DNA of 32,000 bases from Micrococcus luteus NCTC 2665. GTDB taxonomy: Bacteria > Actinomycetota > Actinomycetes > Actinomycetales > Micrococcaceae. The translations under genes and the position numbers were made by a program. Below the pieces are notes generated by a model that did not search any database, was not told where the DNA came from, and saw only the letters and a list, made by a program, of their open reading frames with translations. The stretch lies in assembly GCF_000023205.1 (NCBI RefSeq), contig NC_012803.1:2160001-2192000 (forward strand), given 5' to 3'. Shown piece by piece: positions 23,005-31,072 of the stretch (the stretch's first letter is position 1; every line of letters starts with the position of its first letter).

Positions 23005-24222
23005 ATGTCCGCACAGTCCCAGGCCCTGCTCGTCGGCGGTCGCCGCACGCCCGTCGGCAAGTACGGCGGTGCCCTCTCCTCCGTCCGCCCCGACGACCTC
23101 GCCGCCCTGACCGTCAAGGCCGTGATCGAGGACGCCGGCATCGACCCGTCGGTCGTGGACGACGTCATCCTCGGCAACGCCAACGGCGCCGGCGAGGAGA
23201 ACCGCAACGTCGCCCGCATGGCCTGGCTGCTGGCCGGCTTCCCGGACACCGTCCCGGGCATCACCGTGAACCGCCTCTGCGCGTCCGGCATGTCCGCGAT
23301 CGGCATCGCCACCGCGATGGTGCGCTCCGGGATGGCCGACGTCGTCGTGGCCGGCGGCGTGGAGTCGATGTCCCGCGCCCCCTGGGTGATGGAGAAGCCG
23401 ACGACGGCGTTCGCCAAGCCCGGCGCGGCCTTCGACACCGCGATCGGCTGGCGCTTCGTGAACCCCCGCTTCGCGGACGGCGAGTTCGGGGAGAAGTTCA
23501 CCTTCTCCATGCCGGAGACCGCCGAGGAGGTCGGCGAGGTGGACGGCATCACCCGCGAGGACGCCGACGCCTTCGCCGCCCGCTCGCACGAGCGCGCGCT
23601 GGCCGCCATCGAGGCCGGCCGCTTCACGGACGAGATCGTGCCCGTCGTCGTCACGGGCCGCAAGGGCGCCGAGACGGTCGTGGACACGGACGAGGGCCCC
23701 CGCCCCGGCTCCACCCCCGAGGTGCTCGCCGGCCTGCGCCCGATCATCAAGCCGGGCGGCGTGGTCACCGCGGGCAACTCCTCCTCCCTCAACGACGGCG
23801 CCTCGGCGATCCTCGTCGTCTCCGAGCGGGCCGCGCAGAAGTACGGCCTGACCCCGCGGGCCCGCGTCGTGGAGTCCACCTCGGCGGGCCTGGCCCCCGA
23901 GATCATGGGCCTGGGCCCCGTCCCGGCCACCGAGAAGGCCCTCGAGCGCTCCGGCTGGTCCGTGGCGGACCTGGGCGCCGTCGAGCTCAACGAGGCCTTC
24001 GCCACCCAGTCCCTGGCCTCGATGCGGCGCCTCGGCCTGGACCCGGAGACCGTCAACGCCGACGGCGGCGCGATCGCCCTGGGCCATCCGCTCGGCTCCT
24101 CGGGCTCGCGCCTCGTGGTCACGCTGCTCGGTCGGATGGAGCGCGAGGGCGCGGACAGGGGCCTGGCCACGATGTGCGTGGGCGTGGGCCAGGGCTCCGC
24201 GATGCTCGTCGAGAAGGTCTGA
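23005..24222 (+). CDS. paaJ: 3-oxoadipyl-CoA / 3-oxo-5,6-dehydrosuberyl-CoA thiolase (acetyl-CoA C-acyltransferase)
   Basis: Thiolase signatures are VNRLCASGM (active-site Cys), NEAFA, GGAIALGHPLG.SG and CVG.GQG. AAGGAG lies upstream. It is the first gene of a thiolase-hydratase-dehydrogenase operon in a paa context. Confidence 0.9.
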   Translation: MSAQSQALLVGGRRTPVGKYGGALSSVRPDDLAALTVKAVIEDAGIDPSVVDDVILGNANGAGEENRNVARMAWLLAGFPDTVPGITVNRLCASGMSAIGIATAMVRSGMADVVVAGGVESMSRAPWVMEKPTTAFAKPGAAFDTAIGWRFVNPRFADGEFGEKFTFSMPETAEEVGEVDGITREDADAFAARSHERALAAIEAGRFTDEIVPVVVTGRKGAETVVDTDEGPRPGSTPEVLAGLRPIIKPGGVVTAGNSSSLNDGASAILVVSERAAQKYGLTPRARVVESTSAGLAPEIMGLGPVPATEKALERSGWSVADLGAVELNEAFATQSLASMRRLGLDPETVNADGGAIALGHPLGSSGSRLVVTLLGRMEREGADRGLATMCVGVGQGSAMLVEKV

Positions 24223-24226
24223 GCGC

Positions 24227-25012
24227 ATGGACGACTTCAGCCACTTCACGGCACTGCGCGTCGAGGAGCGTGAGGACCGCGTCCACGCGCGCATGGACCG
24301 CCCGGGCGTGCGCAACGCGATCGACCAGACCATGGTCGACGAGTTCCACGAGCTCTGCGCCCACCTCGAACGCGAGCCGAAGATCCTGATCATCTCGGGC
24401 ACGCAGGTGGAGTCGAAGCGCGAGCCGGGGACGTTCTCCGGCATCTTCGCCTCCGGCGCGGACATCGGACAGCTGCGCGAGCGCCGCCGCGACGACGCCC
24501 TGCGCGGCGTGAACTCGCAGGTCTTCGACCGCATCCACCGGCTGCCCATGCCCGTGATCGCGGCGATCGACGGCTTCGCCCTCGGCGGCGGCGCGGAACT
24601 GGCCTACGCGGCCGACTTCCGCATCGCCACCCCGGCGCTGAAGATGGGCCAGCCCGAGACGAGTCTGGGGATCACCGCCGCTGCGGGCGCCCAGTGGCGG
24701 CTCAAGGAGCTGGTGGGTGAGCCCGTGGCCCTCGAGCTGCTGCTCGCCGGACGGATCCTGGACGCGCAGGAGGCCCTCGAGCTCAAGCTCGTCACCGAGC
24801 TGCACGAGCCGGAGGCCCTCCTCGACGCCGCCGACGCCCTCGCCGACCGCATCGCGCAGCAGGATCCGCTGGCGGTGCGGCTGTCCAAGCGCGTCTTCCA
24901 CCTCCCTCGCGAGGCCCACCCCCACGTGGACGAGATCGCGCAGGCCATCCTGTTCGAGTCCGAGGCCAAGTTCGAGCGCATGCAGGCGTTCCTGGACCGC
25001 AAGAAGAAGTGA
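24227..25012 (+). CDS. paaF: Enoyl-CoA hydratase (crotonase family), probably 2,3-dehydroadipyl-CoA hydratase
   Basis: Both catalytic Glu contexts are present (AIDGFALGGGAELA and GQPETSLGI). It is positioned between the thiolase and the dehydrogenase. The PaaF assignment is inferred from gene order. Confidence 0.75.
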   Translation: MDDFSHFTALRVEEREDRVHARMDRPGVRNAIDQTMVDEFHELCAHLEREPKILIISGTQVESKREPGTFSGIFASGADIGQLRERRRDDALRGVNSQVFDRIHRLPMPVIAAIDGFALGGGAELAYAADFRIATPALKMGQPETSLGITAAAGAQWRLKELVGEPVALELLLAGRILDAQEALELKLVTELHEPEALLDAADALADRIAQQDPLAVRLSKRVFHLPREAHPHVDEIAQAILFESEAKFERMQAFLDRKKK

Positions 25013-25020
25013 GGACTGAC

Positions 25021-25908
25021 ATGACCGATCAGCAGCACACCCCTGACACCGCGCCGTCCTCCGTGCCCGCCGTCGTCGGCGTCCTCGGCGGCGGCCGGAT
25101 GGGTGGCGGCATCGCCCACGCGTTCCTCGTCGCCGGTTCGTCCGAGGTGGTCGTCGTCGAGCGCGACCCACAGTCGGCCGAGGCCGCCAGGGAGCGCATC
25201 GAGGCCGACCTGGCCGCCTCCCTCGAGCGCGGCAAGATCGACGGCGACCTGGACGAGTGGGCGCAGCGCCTGACCGTCTCCGTGGACCGCGCCGACTTCG
25301 CCCGCTGCGACCTCGTGGTCGAGGCCGTGTTCGAGGACATGCAGGTGAAGATCGAGGCGCTCACCGACGTCGAGGCACACCTGCGCGAGGACGCCTGGCT
25401 GGCCAGCAACACCTCCTCCCTGTCCATCGACGAGATCGCCACGCACCTGCAGCGCCCCGAGCGCTTCTGCGGCCTGCACTACTTCAACCCGGTGCCCGCC
25501 TCGAAGCTCGTGGAGGTCGTGATCGGCGAGCAGACCGGTGCGGAGCTCCAGGCCCTGTCCACCGAGTGCGTCCGCGGGCTCGGCAAGACCCCCGTCGTCG
25601 TCAAGGACGCCCCGGGCTTCGCCTCGTCGCGTTTGGGCGTGGCGATCGCGCTCGAGGCCATCCGCATGGTCGAGGAGGGTGTGGCCTCCCCCGAGGACAT
25701 CGACGCCGCCATGGTGCTCGGCTACAAGTTCCCGGTCGGCCCGCTGGCCCTGACCGACATCGTGGGCCTGGACGTGCGCCTGGGCATCGCGGAGTACCTC
25801 GAGTCCCAGCTGGGTGAGCGTTTCGCCCCGCCGCAGCTCATGCGGGACATGGTGGCCCGCGGCGAGCTCGGCCGGAAGTCCGGCAAGGGCTTCTTCGACT
25901 ACCGCTGA
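25021..25908 (+). CDS. paaH: 3-hydroxyacyl-CoA (3-hydroxyadipyl-CoA) dehydrogenase
   Basis: The NAD fold VGVLGGGRMGGGIA is followed by NTSSLSI, GLHYFNPVP..KLVEV, PGF..SRL and the C-terminal GRKSGKGFFDY. The start is ATG 25021, after GAGGA. Confidence 0.88.
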   Translation: MTDQQHTPDTAPSSVPAVVGVLGGGRMGGGIAHAFLVAGSSEVVVVERDPQSAEAARERIEADLAASLERGKIDGDLDEWAQRLTVSVDRADFARCDLVVEAVFEDMQVKIEALTDVEAHLREDAWLASNTSSLSIDEIATHLQRPERFCGLHYFNPVPASKLVEVVIGEQTGAELQALSTECVRGLGKTPVVVKDAPGFASSRLGVAIALEAIRMVEEGVASPEDIDAAMVLGYKFPVGPLALTDIVGLDVRLGIAEYLESQLGERFAPPQLMRDMVARGELGRKSGKGFFDYR

Positions 25909-25920
25909 GCCCCCGGGGCA

Positions 25921-25967
25921 GGCGCTTTCGAACGGGAGATAGGGCCTATCTCCCGTTCGAAAGCGCC
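25921..25967. terminator. Perfect 22-bp-stem palindrome after paaH, either a terminator or a protein-binding site
   Basis: GGCGCTTTCGAACGGGAGATAG - GGC - CTATCTCCCGTTCGAAAGCGCC. It is noticeably less GC-rich than its surroundings. An extra half-copy, ACGTTCGAAAGTGCG, lies at 25984-25998. Confidence 0.5.
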
Positions 25968-26029
25968 CATTCCCCCGATATCACGTTCGAAAGTGCGGGG
26001 GCGGGGTCGGCGCGGCTAACGTGACGGGC

Positions 26030-26413
26030 ATGGACGAGCCCACGCTGCTGCGCGTCGCCCGCGACCGCGCCCTCGAGCTGCCGGGCAGCGCCGCGTCGCA
26101 CCCCTTCGGCCCGGACACCGAGGTCATGAAGGTGCAGGAGAAGCTGTTCGTGGTGTTCATCGACCACGACGGGCGCCGCCTCGTGAACGTCAAGGCCCGC
26201 CCGGAGGACGGCGCCCAGCTGCGCGCGGCCCTGCCCGCGGCGATCACGCCCGGCTATCACATGGACAAGCGGCACTGGCTCAGCCTGGCCGCGCACCCGG
26301 ACCTCGACGAGCAGCTCGTCCGGGACCTCGTCACGGAGTCGTACCTGCTGGTCGTCGCGAAGCTCCCCCGCACCCGGCGTCCCGTGGACCCCGAGACCTT
26401 CGGCCGGGCCTGA
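26030..26413 (+). CDS. MmcQ/YjbR family DNA-binding protein
   Basis: The pattern LELPG.....PFGPD..V.KV..K.F......D......N.K..PE....L.......PGYHM.K.HW..... is typical of YjbR-like proteins. An alternative start exists at GTG 26021. Confidence 0.7.
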   Translation: MDEPTLLRVARDRALELPGSAASHPFGPDTEVMKVQEKLFVVFIDHDGRRLVNVKARPEDGAQLRAALPAAITPGYHMDKRHWLSLAAHPDLDEQLVRDLVTESYLLVVAKLPRTRRPVDPETFGRA

Positions 26414-26907
26414 TGTCGGCCGACCGCCCCTTCCGCTTCACCCACCGCTGGGCCGTCCCCGCGGACGCCCGGTCCGTGCTGGCCCTGCTCGCCGACCCGG
26501 CCGGCTACCCACGCTGGTGGCCGGCCGTCCCGCGCGCCCGTCGCCTGGGCCCCGACCGCGCCGCCGTCCGGCTGCGCGGGTTCGTGCCGGTGCGTCTGAC
26601 GATGGAGCGTCTCATCGACGACCGCGCCCGCGGCCTTCTGGTCGCGCACCTGAGAGGGGACCTGATGGGCACCGTGTGGGTCACCGTCCACGACGACGGC
26701 GCCCCGGCCGGACACGCGCCGCGCTGCACCGTGGCGTGGGAGCAGGAGGTGGTGCTGACCTCGCCGTGGATGCGCGCCGTGGCCCGCGTGCCGGGCGCCC
26801 GCGCCGCGATGGGCCTCAGCCACGCGGCCGCGATGCGCTCCGCGCGTCGGGCGCTCGGGGCGAAGGCCGTGGCGACCGCTGATCCCGCTCGCACGTCTCG
26901 TCCATGA
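26413..26907 (+). CDS. SRPBCC (polyketide cyclase/dehydrase-like) family protein
   Basis: The ATG overlaps the yjbR stop as TGATG. The N-terminus F.F.HRW.V.AD...V...LAD.AGYPRWWP resembles SRPBCC/START-like proteins. The call is weak beyond the fold family. Confidence 0.55.
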   Translation: MSADRPFRFTHRWAVPADARSVLALLADPAGYPRWWPAVPRARRLGPDRAAVRLRGFVPVRLTMERLIDDRARGLLVAHLRGDLMGTVWVTVHDDGAPAGHAPRCTVAWEQEVVLTSPWMRAVARVPGARAAMGLSHAAAMRSARRALGAKAVATADPARTSRP

Positions 26908-26928
26908 CGGCCCGGCGCCCCGGCCGGC

Positions 26929-27366
26929 TCAGAGCTCGGCCTGGGCCTCGTTCCACTCGCGGGACAGCGGCGGGCGGGAGAGGCCGTCGAGGAGGCCGTC
27001 GGCGGGGTCGATGCCGAGCTCCACGATCCTGTTGTCCGCGTCCACGTGGACGACCTTGGGCTGGAAGTGGCGGGCCTCGTCGTCGTCCATCTGCCCGTAG
27101 GCGATGAGGATGACGATGTCCCCCGGATGCACCAGGTGGGCGGCGGCGCCGTTGATGCCGAGCACGCCGGAGCCCCGCTCGCCCGCGATGGTGTAGGTCT
27201 CCAGTCGCGCGCCGTTGGTGACGTCCACGATGGACACGAGCTCGCCGGGGAGGATGTCCGCGGCGTCCAGCAGGTCCTGGTCCACGGTCACGGAGCCCAC
27301 GTAGTGCAGGTCCGCCTGGGTCACGGTGGCCCGGTGGATCTTGGCGTGGAACATGGTGCGCAGCAT
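26929..27366 (-). CDS. panD: Aspartate 1-decarboxylase proenzyme
   Basis: [29 protein letters not shown] has the Gly24-Ser25 self-processing site, followed by ....[16 protein letters not shown]...[17 protein letters not shown]. The ~20-aa C-terminal extension is usual in actinobacteria. Confidence 0.92.
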   Translation of the reverse strand: MLRTMFHAKIHRATVTQADLHYVGSVTVDQDLLDAADILPGELVSIVDVTNGARLETYTIAGERGSGVLGINGAAAHLVHPGDIVILIAYGQMDDDEARHFQPKVVHVDADNRIVELGIDPADGLLDGLSRPPLSREWNEAQAEL

Positions 27367-27486
27367 GCGGCAGAACTCTCCGGATGAGGGGGTGGGGCGG
27401 GTCCGAGGGGACCGGTGCTCGATTCTACGCCGGTCCGGAGACGAGGGGCAGGGGGTCGACGCCGGCCTGAGGCTCCCGCCCCTCTC

Positions 27487-27544
27487 GCCGAGGCCCGCAG
27501 ACGCGCCGCCACGTCCCGGCGGTAGCGGCGCGTCTGCGGGCCTG
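27487..27544. repeat. Family B 58-nt hairpin repeat, copy B2
   Basis: The sequence is GCCGAGGCCCGCAGACGCGCCGCCACGTCCCGGCGGTAGCGGCGCGTCTGCGGGCCTG, with a 19-bp stem. It ends 6 nt from the stop of the minus-strand DUF559-type gene, so it could serve as that gene's terminator. Confidence 0.7.
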
Positions 27545-27550
27545 GGCGGG

Positions 27551-28543
27551 TCAGATCCACGACGGCGGCACTCGGCCCGGCGGCGTCCGCGCGGCCACCA
27601 GGCCCCGCAGCTGCCGCACGAACAGCTCCCAGTGCCCCGGCCGGAACACGTCGGCGGTCACCCGGATCACCTCCCACCCCTCCGCGCGCAGGGCCGCGTC
27701 CCGCTCGCGGTCCTCACGCCACTGCCGGCGATCCGTGCGGTGCTGATCGCCGTCGTACTCGACGGCCACCTTGGCCTCCGCCCACACCAGGTCCACGCGG
27801 AGCAGCTGCCCCGTGGCGAGGCGGATGCACGGGTTCACTGCGGGCTCGGGGACGCCGGCCAGGACGAGCCGCGCCCGCAGCCGGCTCTCCTGCGGCGAGT
27901 CGGACCCGGGCCGCACGAGCTCAAGCGCCTCCCGGGCCGCGCGGATCCCGCGCACCCGTCCGCGTTCCCCGACGGCGGCGCGCAGCTCGGCCACGTCCGT
28001 CACCCCGGGAGGCAGCCGACGGCGGCGGGCCTCCGTCGGGGCGGTCCGCACCATGCTGTCCCCCAGCGCGACGAGATGCTCGAGCGGCCCGGCCTGCGCG
28101 GCGAGGTCGACGAAGGTCCACCCCGGCGCGGTCACGCGCACCCCGTCCACGATCCGCACCGGTGCGTCGGCGCGGAGGCGGTGTGAGCGGATCCCGGCCC
28201 GGCTCGACGCGGTGCCGTGGCCGCGCGGGGTCGCGGTGTGCACGGACCGGTCGGCGGCGAGCGGCCCGGTCAGCCACAGGCCGAGCACCCGGGCGGCCGT
28301 GACGTGGCTGAACACGCCCTCGGGGTGCAGATCCTGCAGCGCCCGCAGATGGTCCATGGGGTCCGGTTCGACGCCGCGCAGGCCCCAGAGCCCCCAGCCG
28401 AGGGAGACCACGTCCCCGCGCCGCAGCCGGGCCGCGCTCACCCCCGCCTCGCGCGCGGCCGGGGTCGAGAACACGGTCGGAGAGCGGAGGAGGCCGTCCA
28501 GTCCGCAGCGCATCGGAGGCAGGGGCGCGGGCGAGCGGGGCAT
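27551..28543 (-). CDS. AbiEi-like wHTH N-terminal domain fused to a DUF559 / PD-(D/E)xK endonuclease domain, paralogue 2
   Basis: The protein is collinear with the 2607-3557 product: [11 protein letters not shown]....AR.AGV...[37 protein letters not shown]...[15 protein letters not shown]. The start is set to ATG 28543. The longer ORF to 28675 runs through repeat B3. Confidence 0.7.
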   Translation of the reverse strand: MPRSPAPLPPMRCGLDGLLRSPTVFSTPAAREAGVSAARLRRGDVVSLGWGLWGLRGVEPDPMDHLRALQDLHPEGVFSHVTAARVLGLWLTGPLAADRSVHTATPRGHGTASSRAGIRSHRLRADAPVRIVDGVRVTAPGWTFVDLAAQAGPLEHLVALGDSMVRTAPTEARRRRLPPGVTDVAELRAAVGERGRVRGIRAAREALELVRPGSDSPQESRLRARLVLAGVPEPAVNPCIRLATGQLLRVDLVWAEAKVAVEYDGDQHRTDRRQWREDRERDAALRAEGWEVIRVTADVFRPGHWELFVRQLRGLVAARTPPGRVPPSWI

Positions 28544-28609
28544 GCGCCGAGCGTGCCCGATCCGGACGGGCCGCCGTCGTCGTCCGCTGGGATCTGTGGA
28601 CGACGCCCC

Positions 28610-28667
28610 GCCGAGGCCCGCAGACACGCCGCTACGTCCTGGCGGTAGCGGCGCGTCTGCGGGCCTC
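28610..28667. repeat. Family B 58-nt hairpin repeat, copy B3
   Basis: The sequence is GCCGAGGCCCGCAGACACGCCGCTACGTCCTGGCGGTAGCGGCGCGTCTGCGGGCCTC. Its orientation matches B1 and B2. It lies 67 nt upstream of the paralogue-2 start. Confidence 0.7.
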
Positions 28668-28767
28668 GGCGCCACGGCTTGCGCGGCGAAGCCCTCTCCA
28701 CGACGACGGCGTCACCGGCCCGGCTCCCCCCTCCCGCGTGATCCACGTCTCGGCTAGGGTGAGGAGC

Positions 28768-28789
28768 AATAACCGACCGATCGGTCGGG
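28768..28789. promoter_or_regulatory. Candidate PaaR-type operator upstream of paaZ, with the 16-bp palindrome CCGACCGATCGGTCGG
   Basis: AATAACCGACCGATCGGTCGGG matches the remembered ACTNACCGNNCGNNCGGTNAGT motif at 15 of 18 specified positions. It ends 32 nt upstream of GTG 28822. Confidence 0.55.
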
Positions 28790-28821
28790 ACTCGCCCGCG
28801 CCCCCGACACCAGGAGACCCC

Positions 28822-30942
28822 GTGACCGTCACCGCCCCCTCCCTCCCGGAGATCCTCCCCAGCTACGTCGCCGGCAGCTGGTGGACGCCGTCGCACCCGT
28901 CCAAGGTCACCGACGTGACGGACGCGAACACCGGCGCGCGCCTCACCGGCGTCTCCACCGACGGCCTCGACACGGCCGCCGCCATCGAGCACGCCCGCAC
29001 CGTCGGCCAGCAGGCCCTGGGCGAGCTGACCATCCACGAGCGCGCCCTCAAGCTCAAGGAGCTCGCGCTCTACCTGAACTCCCGCGTCCAGGAGCTCTAC
29101 GACGTCTCCTTCGCCACCGGCGCCACACAGCGCGACCATGCCTTCGACGTCGACGGCGGCATCGGCACCCTCTTCACGTTCTCCGGCAAGGGCCGCCGCG
29201 AGCTGCCGAACTCCAACGTGATCATCGACGGCGACGTGGAACCCCTCTCCCGCGATGGCTCCTTCATCGGCGAGCACATCTACCAGCGCATCCCGGGCGT
29301 GGCCGTGCAGATCAACGCCTTCAACTTCCCCGTGTGGGGCATGCTGGAGAAGTTCGCCCCGGCCTTCGTCGCGGGCGTTCCCACCGTGGTCAAGCCGGCC
29401 ACCCCCACCGGCTACGTCACGCAGAAGTGCGTCGAGCTGATGCTCGAGTCCGGCGTGCTGCCCGAGGGCTCGATCCAGCTGATCTCCGGCTCCGCCCGCG
29501 ACCTGCTGGACCACCTGGACTACCGCGACCACGTCGCGTTCACCGGCTCCGCCGCCACCGCGGCCACGCTGAAGAAGCACCCGAACGTGCAGGAGGGCGG
29601 CGTCCGCTTCACCGCGGAGACCGACTCCCTCAACGCCGCCATCCTCGGCCCGGACGCGGACCCGGAGTCCCCCGAGTTCGAGGCGTTCGTGAAGGTCGTC
29701 TTCCAGGAGATGACGGTCAAGGCCGGCCAGAAGTGCACGGCCATCCGCCGGGTGATCGTCCCGCAGGACCGGGTCGAGGCCGTGACCGCCGCCCTCACCG
29801 AGCGCCTGGCCGCGAAGGTCGTCCTGGGCGACCCGCGCGTCGAGGGCACCACCATGGGCGCCCTGGCCTCGAAGGAGCAGCAGGGCGAGGTCCGCGGCGC
29901 GGTGCAGCGCCTGGTCGACGCCGGCGGTCAGGTCCGCCTCGGCGGCCCCGAGGGCTCGACCGGCGACGCCGACGCCGAGTCCGGCGCGTTCTTCGCCCCC
30001 ACGGTGCTCACCTTTGAGGACGCGCGCACCCCCGAGGTGCACAGCGTCGAGGCGTTCGGTCCGGTCACCTCGGTGATCGGCTACACGGACGTGGCCGACG
30101 CCGTGGCCCTGGCCACCCTGGGTTCGGGGTCGCTCGTGGCCACGGTCGCCACGAACGACGGTGAGATCGCCCGCGCGTTCGCCGCCGGGATCGGCGCCCA
30201 CCACGGCCGCGTGCATGTCCTGAACCGCCAGACCGCCGCGACCACCACGGGCCATGGCGCCCCCGTGCCGGTGCTGATCCATGGCGGCCCCGGCCGCGCC
30301 GGCGGCGGCGAGGAGCTCGGCGGGGTCCGCGCCGTGAAGCACTACATGCAGCGCACGGCGATCCAGGGCTCCCCGGACATGCTCACGGCCATCACCGGCG
30401 TGTGGCATCAGGGCGCCGCGGCCCACACGGTGACCCGCGAGGACGTGGAGGCCGGCACGGCCGTGCACCCGTTCTACAAGTCCCTGGCCGAGCTGACGGT
30501 GGGCGACCAGTTCGCCTCCGGCCTGCGCACCGTCACCCTGGAGGACATCACCGCCTTCGCGGAGGAGACCGGGGACAGGTTCTACGCCCACACGGACGAG
30601 GAGGCCGCCATGGCCAACCCGTTCTTCCCGCGCCGGGTGGCCCACGGCTACCTGCTGGTCTCGTGGGCCGCGGGGCTGTTCGTGGCCCCGGATCCGGGCC
30701 CGGTGCTGGCCAACTACGGCCTGGAGAACCTGCGCTTCATCACGCCGGTGACCTACGACGACGCCATCCGCGTGACCCTGACCGCCAAGCGCATCACCCC
30801 GCGCGTGAGCGACGAGTACGGCGAGGTGGTCTGGGACTGCCGGATCCACAACCAGAAGGACGAGCTCTGCGCCCAGTACGACGTGCTGACGCTCGTGGCC
30901 AAGACCTGGCCGATGGCCTCGTCCGAGACCTCCCAGGGCTGA
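28822..30942 (+). CDS. paaZ: Bifunctional oxepin-CoA hydrolase / 3-oxo-5,6-dehydrosuberyl-CoA semialdehyde dehydrogenase (ALDH domain plus C-terminal MaoC hot-dog domain)
   Basis: The protein is collinear with E. coli PaaZ as remembered: [86 protein letters not shown], and the MaoC part GD.FYAH.D.......F..RV.HGY...S.AAGLF, ANYGLE.LRF. The start is GTG 28822, 5 nt after AGGAG. Confidence 0.9.
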
Positions 30943-31072
30943 GCCCCCCTGCGCCGTCCCGTGCGCCCGCTGCGCGCCGGGCGGCCCGTCGTCGTCCCCG
31001 GGAACAAGGAGCGTGCCCGGGACGTTCACCTGTACGTCCCATTCGGACCGCGAGAGAAGAAGGTCGACACAC

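Noticed and set aside
21262-24549. Very long antisense or alternative-frame ORFs. Examples are 21262-24549(-), 28438-31164(-), 11612-14236(-), 7972-9975(-), 3623-5116(-), 1488-2597(-), 459-1271(-), 7050-9362(+) and 14247-15971(+).
   Set aside because: Their translations are dominated by Arg, Gly, Pro, Ala and His with no recognisable motifs. They overlap well-supported genes whose frames carry the GC3 bias. Such stop-free shadow frames are expected in DNA of about 70%+ GC.
335-28667. The family A and B repeat copies could have been a CRISPR array.
   Set aside because: There are only three copies of each, tens to thousands of bases apart with genes between them. Spacing is not regular and no cas genes are present. 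The repeats are themselves long hairpins, so they behave as REP/MITE-like elements.
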